IMG/VR virus record: IMGVR_UViG_3300046004_001101
Span: 1 to 60,531 of that record
Strand: one strand, 5' to 3'
DNA length: 60,531 bases
From: a virus
Taxonomy: Duplodnaviria > Caudoviricetes
The translations under genes and the position numbers were made by a program. The notes below the pieces were generated by a model that saw only the letters and a program-made list of their open reading frames with translations, had not been told where the DNA came from and searched no databases. Of this stretch, positions 43,185-53,198 are shown in pieces (position 1 is the first letter of the stretch; every line of letters starts with the position of its first letter).

Positions 43185-44327
43185 TTAAAACGAGTTGAAG
43201 CTATTTGCGGCTTTAAAGATGAATCCGTAAGACTGTGTTAAAACAGATTTCATTGTGCTTTGTGGTGCATTCAAGGTTTTAGATGATAGTTTAAAGTCGT
43301 GTGTGGCTTTAAACTTAGGTAATAGTGAAATTAAGTTGTCTAATTCACGAAGGGTAAGTGACCAGATTGATGAATCTAACGGTTTAATGTTAGCGAACAC
43401 ATTATCTTTGCCGATAGAGCTGAATCTAGCTGTTAGATAGTTGACTAATAATCCGCCATTACAAGGTAAGAATGTTTCACACATCATGGTGTTATCACAG
43501 TGGGTATTAAGCATCAAAATAAGCTCTTTATTGAACGTAGCAATATGTTTCTCGATAGCATCGAAGGTTTGGGTTGTGTATGAACCTGAATCACGAATAG
43601 CGGCGTAATTATGCACATAATGTTCATAGGTTGTTTTAGGTAATCCTAATTCATGACTTATTAAATCATTAATACTTCTATCTGCGAACACAGTAATAGA
43701 TGAAGGGAATGTAGCCGCTAGTAATGTGTATAGGTTAGCATTTGAATCTTCATGTAGTGTAAATGTAGGTGTGGTAGTAACTGTAGACGTAGCTAAAGAC
43801 CCTACCCCGTCAGTTATTTTGAAATCTTGAAATTCTATGTGGGAAATTTTTGATTCGTTATCTGACACATTAGATGAAGTCATCATTTGATTATTCAGAA
43901 TTTTTCTAATCTGTTCTTTCAATGAGGTAACTTCGTTTTCTAGTGTGCTAACTTTGGAGGTTAATTCAGACACATTCATGACATCAGTAAGATTAACGTC
44001 GTTAATAAATTGGGTGATGAGTTCAAGTCTATCGTCATCGAAGATAGTCGCTTTACAGAAGTTCGCGAGCTTAGTTGATGATGCTTCGCCATGATACTTA
44101 ATGTATAAGTCTAGGAAGTGTGTCATTACACCATTAGCTGAATAGTTATTACCATGTTGAATAGCGGTGAATAAGTCACGAACAGGTGTTGATACTCGAA
44201 CACTAAGTCTGTCGGTAGCTTCTATTGTGGTGATGTTTGGTTCAGTAGGTGAGTTATTAGAATTATTAGAGTTAGGTTTGGTTTTATCCACATTAGTATG
44301 TGTTGGAGATGATGCTTTAGAAGCCAT
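43185..44327 (-). CDS. Hypothetical protein with N-terminal RHH-like segment and coiled coil
   Basis: RLSVRVSTPVRDLF..I...YSANGVMTHFLDLY; promoter TTTACA-17-TATAAT at 44465-44437. Confidence 0.6.
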   Translation of the reverse strand: MASKASSPTHTNVDKTKPNSNNSNNSPTEPNITTIEATDRLSVRVSTPVRDLFTAIQHGNNYSANGVMTHFLDLYIKYHGEASSTKLANFCKATIFDDDRLELITQFINDVNLTDVMNVSELTSKVSTLENEVTSLKEQIRKILNNQMMTSSNVSDNESKISHIEFQDFKITDGVGSLATSTVTTTPTFTLHEDSNANLYTLLAATFPSSITVFADRSINDLISHELGLPKTTYEHYVHNYAAIRDSGSYTTQTFDAIEKHIATFNKELILMLNTHCDNTMMCETFLPCNGGLLVNYLTARFSSIGKDNVFANIKPLDSSIWSLTLRELDNLISLLPKFKATHDFKLSSKTLNAPQSTMKSVLTQSYGFIFKAANSFNSF

Positions 44328-44538
44328 GATTGAGATTCCTTTTGGTTGATATGAATAGGATGAAGTCTATATGAATATCCTGATACAGACACAATACGGG
44401 TAAGTTGAATAAGTCGTTACCGATATTGTGTGAGGGATTATAGCTGAGTTGGAGAGATTTGTAAAGTGGAGATGTTAGTGTGAGGATAAAAGTGGTTAAG
44501 TTATGTGCGTAAGTACATGATTTTAAATAGGAAAATCA

Positions 44539-44963
44539 TAAGTCATTGATTTATTTCGTCCATGATTGATTTATAAGGAGTTTTTTATTTTGTCTGACAT
44601 GAAATAATTTTAGTGTTGGTTGAAAGGTAGATTATATAAGGGTTTTGGTTGATTTATGAAGTTTTAATTTTTTTCTTATAGGGTTTTTTATTTTTGATGT
44701 TAATTTGGAAATTTGTACATTTGTCTGACAAATGTACAAATTAACAATTACCCATTTACCCTAAATACCCCCTTTTATCAGAAGAAAAAACATGGATTAT
44801 AATATATATATATATTATTAATATATATTATTATAATAATCAATTACTTACATTTTATTTTCACTTAATTTCAACTTTTTTACTTAGTACGAAAAATTCA
44901 CCTAAGTCATTGATTTTATTATACTTGAATTTTACAAAGGGTAACTTTTATAAGCTGTTGATT
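44539..44963. promoter_or_regulatory. IHF consensus sites
   Basis: YAANNNNTTGATW matches at 44539-44551, 44903-44915, 44951-44963 (also 47052-47064 and 50415-50427). Confidence 0.65.
44710..44742. repeat. 33-bp palindrome
   Basis: aatttgtacatttgtc-t-gacaaatgtacaaatt. Confidence 0.9.
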
Positions 44964-45030
44964 TATAAGAAAATTATTTTTTGAAAAAAATCAAAAAAGT
45001 TAAGTTGTTGTTTTTGTTACATTTTTAAAG

Positions 45031-45292
45031 GTATATCTTGAAGTATATTTCGATATACTTGACGGTATATTTCGATATACTTTTTATCCTAATTTAGTAT
45101 ATCTAGTGACCTAATTTAGATATACCGTGTATCCTTATTTGATATACCTAGTTACCAAATTTGATATACCTTCAGATATACCTAGATAAACCAAGTACCC
45201 CGCTTTTGATATACTAATTATATCAAGAAGATATACCTAAAGGTATATTTAGATATACTATTGAATATAATTATTTTACCTTTAGGTATATC
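45031..45292. repeat. Phased GATATAC heptad array (iteron/operator-like)
   Basis: Exact forward copies at 45052, 45074, 45119, 45141, 45163, 45175, 45208, 45230, 45252; reverse at 45031, 45097, 45286; further 1-mismatch copies. Confidence 0.9.
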
Positions 45293-45356
45293 TTTTCGTT
45301 AACATCCTTTGTTTTATTGGTATAATGACATTTCTTTCAACCAACTAGGAGTTTTT

Positions 45357-45611
45357 ATGAGCATCATTAAGTTCTCAAATCCAGAATCCGCTAAGGAATT
45401 CTCAGCCGTTAAACGTGAATATGAATACTTGAACAAAGTAACAATCTCAAATTCAGAGTTTTTAACATTAGTTTTAGACGGATTCAAGAACAAACCAACT
45501 GTTAAACCTGAAGATAAGGTCGTAAATATGCTTTCAGCGATGACTGACCAAATCGCAAACCTACACAAATACGTTGTGTATCAAATAAATTTAACTAAAG
45601 AAGGAATGTAA
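45357..45611 (+). CDS. Small RHH-like DNA-binding protein candidate
   Basis: AGGAG RBS, promoter TTAACA-16-TATAAT; SIIKFS...SNSEFLTLVLD. Confidence 0.6.
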   Translation: MSIIKFSNPESAKEFSAVKREYEYLNKVTISNSEFLTLVLDGFKNKPTVKPEDKVVNMLSAMTDQIANLHKYVVYQINLTKEGM

Positions 45612-45612
45612 C

Positions 45613-46041
45613 ATGACACAAGCAACATTAAGATTATCGAGTGAAGAAGATTTACAAGCGTTCAGAGAGTTTAAGGAAGCTAATTATGCTGGTATGACGA
45701 ATAGTGCGGCGTTGAGCAAATTAATTAACGATGTAAAATCAACACAAACTGAGGAACTACCAATGAAAACAGAAAACGTAATGCTTAGACTTACAAACAA
45801 ACTCACACTTACCAACTTTCAAGCATTGAAAGATATTGTGTCGAAATCACATCAACAGCGTTACACAAATGATGGCTTTCAGCAATTACTATTAGATTCA
45901 TTCATGAAGAATGAATTGAAAATTGAAACTAGCGTTTCTGAATCTTCATATAGATTACGCGAATGCGAAGAACATATAAACGATTTGTATAATAAATATG
46001 ATAGAGTAATGTCAATGGTAAGCAGGTTACTTGCAGAATAA
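45613..46041 (+). CDS. Protein with two RHH-like repeats
   Basis: QATLRLSSEE...TNSAALSKLI and NVMLRLTN...TNDGFQQLLL. Confidence 0.6.
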   Translation: MTQATLRLSSEEDLQAFREFKEANYAGMTNSAALSKLINDVKSTQTEELPMKTENVMLRLTNKLTLTNFQALKDIVSKSHQQRYTNDGFQQLLLDSFMKNELKIETSVSESSYRLRECEEHINDLYNKYDRVMSMVSRLLAE

Positions 46042-46052
46042 CACACAAACAC

Positions 46053-46079
46053 GAATACCGAGCCATAAGCTCGGTATTC
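46053..46079 (+). terminator. Hairpin after RHH-like operon
   Basis: gaataccgagc-cataa-gctcggtattc. Confidence 0.55.
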
Positions 46080-46627
46080 TATATTGAAATTCATGGTAAA
46101 AATCGATTTGAAAATTTGTACAAAACTAATCAGGGGTTTTATGAATTCGAGCGAGTTTGTTCTACCGTCAGCGAGTTCCGAACGTGCCTTTCATCTCACT
46201 TCCCTCCTGCCGTTCCGCTTCGCTACACTCACATTGTGTCTGAAAATCGGATTACTATTGTGTCAATCCAATCATCAAATCAACTAATTCTGCAACTTCA
46301 ATCAATTCAAGAGTTTTTGCTGCGAGTTTATAAATCTCAGCGAGTAAGTGATTGGTGTGTTGAACTTTATCTAGCGTAATCATGGTATTTATATCGCGTA
46401 GCATGGTACATCTCCTGTTTAATTATTGTGTCTGGAAATCCGAAAATGAATTTCATGGGAATTTGAATCTGAATTTTATTCAGGGGCTAGAGTAGTATTT
46501 ACTAAATCCTAGCCACCTGAGTGGTCACTCAGGACGTTTTCTAATCTAAGTCATCCGATTGTATTAGTCATGTCGAGAACGTGGCGTAAATCGCATTTAT
46601 GAATCCTTACTTTTTGTATGGTTATTT

Positions 46628-46882
46628 GATAGCGTTTCTATCGTGGATAATAGCTTTCAAGTTTAATAGTAAAACTATCAAACTTGAAATCGTGACACAT
46701 TATCGCCGCGTAACATTGTTTTACTTTCAAAAACGATAGCTTTACTATCATCAAAGATAGCATTCAACTATAGCGAATCGCTATCAATATAGTGTCGATT
46801 AACTACAATCTAAAATTCTAGTGGAACTACTCAAATTTGAGTAGTTCCAGTTTAAGGGTATGTTTGTATTCCTAAACTGGAA
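46628..46882. repeat. Cluster of palindromes
   Basis: (G/A)ATAG-N5-CTATC at 46628, 46665, 46735; perfect 28-bp palindrome 46822-46849; hairpin 46845-46882. Confidence 0.8.
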
Positions 46883-47121
46883 ACGTTGCTTACACGTCAA
46901 TTTTGATGCCTTATGAATAGAGTTTTATACTATATATAATGCAAAAATTGAACGCCCGAAAGTGTTTTGTTTACTTAATATGCATACTTTGCCATTGGTA
47001 ACAGTTTATTTTGTTATAAAATGGAATTCAATATGGTAAATTGTCGCATGATAAGTTATTGATATATAAGAAAATAGGTTGTTTTGATTTGCACGACTTA
47101 AAAAAGTTTTCGTTTTTTCTT

Positions 47122-47149
47122 TTGACGTAAAAATAAAAATACGTATAAT
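47122..47149 (+). promoter_or_regulatory. Early sigma70 promoter
   Basis: TTGACG-16-TATAAT with A/T-rich upstream element. Confidence 0.75.
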
Positions 47150-47215
47150 TCTTTTCAACGGGGCAGGATGCACCAAGCGGTAAAAAAACGGATTTATAGG
47201 CGGATTATTTGCCTA

Positions 47216-47228
47216 GCTCTTTAACAAT
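47216..47228 (+). promoter_or_regulatory. boxA antitermination site
   Basis: GCTCTTTAACAAT matches the rrn boxA consensus. Confidence 0.75.
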
Positions 47229-47586
47229 ATGGTTTAGTTAGTTTCAAAGTCTAACTTGTAAATAAAATACTCAATGGCGCGGTATTGATACAGGTTAGTA
47301 ACTTGAAACAGTTTAGCTGATTATAGATTGACGTGAGTCAAACGTGGACAGAATGAAATATCAGCAATTAAACTTTAGCGCGTTTGTATAAGCGCGTTAA
47401 ACTTTAATTTTAAACACATATGAAAGAGAGTAATGAAATGATAGAAAAAATTAAAATGGGCGGATATAACATCACACAATTCAAAGACGGTTCAATTGTT
47501 GTGAATAAAAACGGGCTTGAGTTTTACAGCGAGTTAAATACAGCAACAAACCTCTTCCTAAAACAATTTTTTAATCAGGTGAGATT

Positions 47587-50224
47587 ATGAAAAAATTAGA
47601 AAAATGGTTTTTTGTTGTAACATTTACCGATACTTTCGGTGGTGAATTAAATTATTGCTGGATTAAAAAATTTACTTTCGGCGCGGATAGCATGACAGCG
47701 AAACATGCCTTAACTCTCGCAAAACAAGAGTTTTTTAATGTATTACCGCGTCACCGTTTAATGTGGGGCGAATTGTCGAATTTATCACATAATTGCGCTG
47801 TAAAGTTTGACCATTGTTGCATTGCAGCTACAATTGAATTGGTCGAAGAGGATTATTTATGATTTATGGTTTAATTGGTTTATTATTATGCGTTGCATTC
47901 ATGGCAACATTATTTTTTATTTGCCGCGCCATTGTCGGCGCGAGTTATCCAAAATTTTAAAAATGTAGGTTAAAATGAAAATGATAAAAGAAAAAAGGTT
48001 GTTGCTTGAAACAATAATGATAGATAATTGTACACAATTCGAATTTGAGTTAGCACGCGGTAACTTAGCCGCTAATCCAAAAATCAAAGATTCTCACGTT
48101 GCGGCTAGTTGGTTGGTGTTTCATTATGTCAATAAAAAATTCGAATATTCCTTCAGTGAAGGATTGGACGATAAAAGCATTGAATGTGTTATAACTAAAA
48201 TTTACCAAAAAGAGGGTTTAAAATGGAAAGAGTAAAATTCATTATTTTTCATGGCGTATGTGTAGCATTATTTGTCGATATAGCAGAAAACAATAATTGT
48301 ATTTTAAGTTATGCACACGTTGGCCAGCATGGCGTAGCTAGTAAAACATTGACACGATACAAACGCGCAACAATTGAACAGTATACCCTGTTAAAAAACG
48401 AGTTAGAGTCTTATCCTTTCAATTATAAAATTAAGGTGATTTAAAATGTCAAAGTATCAACAAAAATTGCACGACCTTTACGAGTTTACACCTGTTAAAA
48501 CAGGGAATATAATACCTTATCACAATTTTTATATTCACTCTGTGACGTTTAAAGGCAATGTTACAATTCATTGTGTAAGGCTAATCGGTTGCGCTTGCTA
48601 TTACAGCAAATCGATTGTACAAGTTAAAAAAAGAATCCGCGCATTTAAAAAATCGTTTAACCTTTAAAGTTTAAAACGTTCCGATACTTTGTAAAAGGTG
48701 TCGGCGCGGTTTGAATTTATCAAGCCTTAATTTTTTAATTTACTGGAGTTACTACAATGTCAAAAGATTACACAAAAGAAATAAGCGAGTTTTTATCGTC
48801 AAAAAATATTGCATTTAAAGCGCATTTCATACCGCAAACAATCGCAACATTAACAAAGGGCGCACGGTTGAATTTTAAAATTGAACTGATTAAAGGTTCA
48901 AACGTTGTCGATTTTGATTATTTTAAAGGGCAGGGAAATTGCTTAGCTAACCGAGTTAATAAAGCGCGTCTTGATAGAAGTTATCACACTAAAAATCGTT
49001 TAATTTTAGATGAATTACAAACTGGAAGATGTGATTTAGGTAAAACTAAACAACCGACCGCCGCTGATGTAATTTACTGTTTATTGCTAGATTATGACTC
49101 AGGAGTAATGTCATTTGATGAGTTTTGCAACGAGTTTGGTTATGATAACGACTCAATGACCAATTTTAAAGTGTATCGAACTTGTACAGAATCAGCTAAA
49201 AAACTAAGTTTAATTTTTAGCGCGAGCGATATCGAATCATTATGTGTTATTTTGGAGGGTTTTTAAAATGTTAGATTTCATCAAGGTTAAAACAGTATCT
49301 GATTTAAAATATAATGTTGTACAAACAGGTTCATTTTTCTTCAATCGTAAAACAATGAGATTCTTCGGTGATTCAATGGGTAATTATGCGGTATCGAGTA
49401 AAACAGTAACGTATAAAGGTGTTGAATGTTATGAATTGCGACGTAAAAGAGCGGTTTCAGGCGGCGGCAATAAATGTCATGAATCTACATTTTTTGATGC
49501 TGCAACGTTTCAGCGAGTGATTTAATTATGAAAGTAAAAATCAATAAAACAAGGCTTAACGATGGAGTAATCTTAGGCTTTCAAGGTTGCGAGTTTTATC
49601 TTAGCATTAGTGGTTATTATGTAATACATTGCACAAAAAGCCACAAATTGTTTGAGTTTAGTAATTATGATTCTGCAAGAAGGTTTCTAACTAATTTTTT
49701 GAAAGGGCAATGAAATGTTAGAAAAAGGTTATAAATGTTACACAGGTAAAGTGCTATCAGATAATGAAATAGCACTTTACACTCGTTACTGTAAAAGGGT
49801 AGAAGAATTGGAACTTACTTGTAAAACTGGTACATTAGCACAATTGGAACTTGAACACGCTAAAAATCAGCGGCATAAGATGTTTATCATGTTGGCGGAA
49901 TTAAAATAACAATATATTAACCGCGTCAAAATGACGCGGTTTAGCTTAGAATAAGGAATACATAAAATGAAAAATGAATTTAATAGAATGGTAACTAAAA
50001 ACAACAAACTATCTAACATGAGGCTCGATGCTAAAGTTATCAATTGTTTAGTCAGTCAAGTGGTAAAAGTAAACAATAGGCGTTTTATGGTTCATGCGGG
50101 CATCTATGACAATATATCAATTTTTGCAACCTGGACAAACGATTTTACATTGTATGCTAATACACTAAACACGTTAAAACGTAAGATAGTAAAGTATAAA
50201 TTAGAGCCTTTTGATATAGTTTAG
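47587..50224 (+). CDS. Early gene cluster of small hypothetical proteins (47587, 47975, 48223, 48446, 48757, 49268, 49528, 49715, 49967)
   Basis: Tightly packed co-oriented small ORFs between early promoter and terminator. Confidence 0.65.
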
Positions 50225-50238
50225 TGGTTGAATAGGAT

Positions 50239-50268
50239 AAAAAAAGGACATAACTGTCCTTTTTTTTT
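50239..50268 (+). terminator. Intrinsic terminator of early cluster
   Basis: aaaaaaaggaca-taac-tgtccttttttttt. Confidence 0.85.
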
Positions 50269-50438
50269 GCCTAGAATTTAAGGGCAGGATTGACCCCAGC
50301 CCGTACCATGCCGACGGTCAGGAGCTATCGGGCGCGTATCATTCCACCTTCTGCATTCTTACCGAATTTACCCAACTAACCCCACCCCATATAACCAACA
50401 ACAAACTCTAACAAAATCAACCACTTATAAACTATTCC

Positions 50439-50620
50439 TTGACTTTTACGAAGTAAAATGTTACTATTATCATCGTTAAGTACAAATTATGCTTGACAAG
50501 ACCGTTTGGAATCGGTTAAATTAGTGAAACCAGATAAAATAAAGATTTGAAGGTTATATGTGGTCGCAAGACACTGATTACTAATTATCAGATTCCAAAC
50601 ACATATAACCTTTATTTTAT
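50439..50620 (+). promoter_or_regulatory. Promoter and structured leader of second antA gene
   Basis: TTGACT-17-TACTAT; gtttggaatc 50504/gattccaaac 50591 interleaved with aaggttatatgtg 50550/cacatataacctt 50600. Confidence 0.72.
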
Positions 50621-50634
50621 TATGGTACATTATT

Positions 50635-51228
50635 ATGAAATTATCAGTACAAACCTCAGCTTTACCATCATTTATCACGTCTATTACAGACAACTTATCC
50701 ACCCCTTGTATTAACGCTCGTGATTTACACCACTTCTTAGATTCAAAACGTAAATTTGCTGATTGGATTAAATATCGAATCGACCAATATGACTTCGTTG
50801 AGGGTGTGGATTATTCCGTTCACAAAAATGTGAACACTACTATGAAAGGGTTTAATGAATATATTGACTACATTGTGTCACCTCACATGGCTAAAGAACT
50901 TGGTATGTTAGAAAACAACGAGCGAGGTAAGTCTATCCGTAAATACTTCATCCAATGTGAGCAAAATTTAATTAACTATCTACAGGTACAAAACAACATG
51001 AAAGAAAAACTATTACAACAACCTAATAGAGTTGTATTAAAACGTAACACGATTAAAGACCTATCATACCTACTAGGTGTGCCTGAATTTAAACTAAACA
51101 CTGTGTTGTACGATAATGGTTATTGTGATGATACAGGATTTCCGTTAGCGTTAGCTAACCGACACTTCGATTGTGTAGATGATGAAATTAGATGGTCGTT
51201 ACCGCTAATAACGAAGTTATTAAAATAA
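50635..51228 (+). CDS. AntA/AntB antirepressor-family protein
   Basis: INARDLHHFL..K.KFADWIK.RI..Y.FVEG.DY...MAKELGMLE...GK.IRKYFI.CE. Confidence 0.9.
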   Translation: MKLSVQTSALPSFITSITDNLSTPCINARDLHHFLDSKRKFADWIKYRIDQYDFVEGVDYSVHKNVNTTMKGFNEYIDYIVSPHMAKELGMLENNERGKSIRKYFIQCEQNLINYLQVQNNMKEKLLQQPNRVVLKRNTIKDLSYLLGVPEFKLNTVLYDNGYCDDTGFPLALANRHFDCVDDEIRWSLPLITKLLK

Positions 51229-51310
51229 CAGCTCGTTACACTCACAGTCTAAGGTAGCCTAAAAACTACCTTAGACCCTATCCCTACATTACACAAGAAA
51301 ACATATTAAA

Positions 51311-51688
51311 ATGAAATTATTAAAACAAGGCAACAACGATTGTGTATTAGCGTGTATCGCAATGTGTTTAGATTTAACGCTTGAACAAGTACATAAACAC
51401 TATCCTGACTATAAAGGTGAAGGAATCAATATGCGTCAAACTATGACAATCCTAGATAGATTAGGTCATCATGACTATGTACAATGTGTGACGAATACCT
51501 TATTTTCGGATAGAACCTATATTATTACCGTACCCAGCTTAACTGTACGCGGAGGTAATCACGCTATTGTGGTTCACAATCATCAGGTATTTGACCCTAA
51601 TGCAATTGATAAACCTGATGATAGTTATAACAGTAATACTCTTACTTCATGGTCAGAAGTATTGGAAATTGTGAATCCTGTAGGTTAA
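51311..51688 (+). CDS. Peptidase C39-like protein
   Basis: Q....DCVLACIAM, HAIVV, VFDP. Confidence 0.7.
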   Translation: MKLLKQGNNDCVLACIAMCLDLTLEQVHKHYPDYKGEGINMRQTMTILDRLGHHDYVQCVTNTLFSDRTYIITVPSLTVRGGNHAIVVHNHQVFDPNAIDKPDDSYNSNTLTSWSEVLEIVNPVG

Positions 51689-51964
51689 ATTATGAGTCTG
51701 AATTTTTATTGTGGTTGAATAGTACAAATCCAATCACTATTTTATTCACACTTATAGGCGGTATCATTGTATTTATACCGCTTATTGTGTTCTTCGGTAT
51801 GTTTATAATAGCTTTATTTAAAGCATCGTCTAGCGGTAATGGAAATAATGATTGCGGTTGGTTGTAGTTTGATATTCACGTCAGGGAATATCACGTAGCT
51901 TGACTTTTCATATAAAGTATGATAGCCTTATAACTATCATACTTTATTTCAATTTATAGACATT

Positions 51965-52459
51965 ATGGATAATGAATTAAGAATACAATCAGACCCACCT
52001 CCTTATGAACAGGAGATTATGCTTAAATTTGTCGAAGAATATAGTTTCGATAAAGACCCTAGAAAAGCCGCATTACGAATTGGAATTACTGCTGTCCATG
52101 CTCAAACTGTGGCTGATAAGTTTATGAACTCACCATTCGTACAAGGACACATCAAGAAACGTCAGTACAAAGACGCTATTATCGTTCAAGACCCTGAGAA
52201 GTTGAAACAGGAACTTATCATCAATCTAATGAACATCGTAAGATATGATGGTGAAGCGGCTAATCCTTCTGCTCGCGTAGCTGCCGCTAAAACGATTGCT
52301 CAATTGACAGGTATTGAAGCTCCTAAACAAGAAACAGCTACACAGATTTCCAATATCATGTTGATTCCATCCCCTATGTCAGTAGATGACTGGAGTTCCG
52401 TAGCTCAAACACAACAATCAAAACTTCAAAAAGACTTAGAAGCGAGTTTAGTATCATGA
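51965..52459 (+). CDS. terS: Terminase small subunit
   Basis: KFVEEYSFD.DPRKAALRIG HTH, SARVAAAKTIAQLTG; upstream of TerL. Confidence 0.8.
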   Translation: MDNELRIQSDPPPYEQEIMLKFVEEYSFDKDPRKAALRIGITAVHAQTVADKFMNSPFVQGHIKKRQYKDAIIVQDPEKLKQELIINLMNIVRYDGEAANPSARVAAAKTIAQLTGIEAPKQETATQISNIMLIPSPMSVDDWSSVAQTQQSKLQKDLEASLVS

Positions 52460-53026
52460 GTTCATACACATCAAAATTAAAGACAGGTTATTACTGTTAT
52501 AAGCCTCATCAAGGTGTAACGTTTTTAGACACACATTTGTATTATAATGAACTACCAGCGGATGCGGTATTCGTCATGCCGCATATATTCCATCAAATCA
52601 TTAACGATTTCGATAGTTATGAATCTACGCCTATTATCTGTGCGTTTAAACAGGATGATTCGTTACTGATAGATTTATGTGATTCACATACGATTCGAGG
52701 TTTATATGAAAGCTGAGTTAGAACAGAAATTACTTAACAACGATGAAGAATTTATTAAATACACTTCGCTAACACTCGCTAATCAATTAACGCTACTGAT
52801 TGATAGATTGATTACGAGTAAACGATTAACGTTCACACAGAAGCAGGTGATTGAACGATACCGCGATAATGGTGTGTTTAATAACATTATTCTAGGTAAC
52901 TTTCATTATGTGTCGTTACTTGATTTAATTACTATTGTGTCTGAATTCAAGTTAGGTCTGAGCGTTTCAACACTTGACATATCAAACTTGATAAGCTCAG
53001 GTAACGATATAACATTACAACATTAA
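52456..53026 (+). CDS. Two hypothetical ORFs between terS and terL
   Basis: Coupled ORFs 52456-52716 and ~52706-53026. Confidence 0.55.
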
Positions 53027-53039
53027 GGAAATAATTAAA

Positions 53040-53198
53040 ATGGATGACGATGAATTTTATGAATTAGATTCACTAGCGGATGTCGATATCGATACGTTAT
53101 TGTGTGATTCAGCTACCACAGATTTAAAGTTTAGACTACAAAGTGAGTTTGATATGGTTGATGATTTTAATGCGTTGATAGGTGTGTTTTATGATTGA
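53040..53198 (+). CDS. Small acidic protein (not in ORF track)
   Basis: MDDDEFYELDSLADVDIDTLL...; AAGGA upstream; stop overlaps terL ATG. Confidence 0.6.
   Translation: MDDDEFYELDSLADVDIDTLLCDSATTDLKFRLQSEFDMVDDFNALIGVFYD

Noticed and set aside
44797-44840. AT dinucleotide run as a separate element
   Set aside because: Low complexity; at most an unwinding element of the adjacent putative origin
45031-45292. GATATAC array as CRISPR
   Set aside because: Units are 7 bp in both orientations without spacer-length unique sequence
46084-46379. ORFs 46084-46287 and 46116-46379
   Set aside because: TTG starts, no clear RBS, atypical composition; treated as non-coding
50281-50340. Third copy of the GGUAGCUCC RNA motif (gatagctcctga on minus strand)
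   Set aside because: Lacks the GG/CC pairing, the GAAA and a downstream gene; only a partial match
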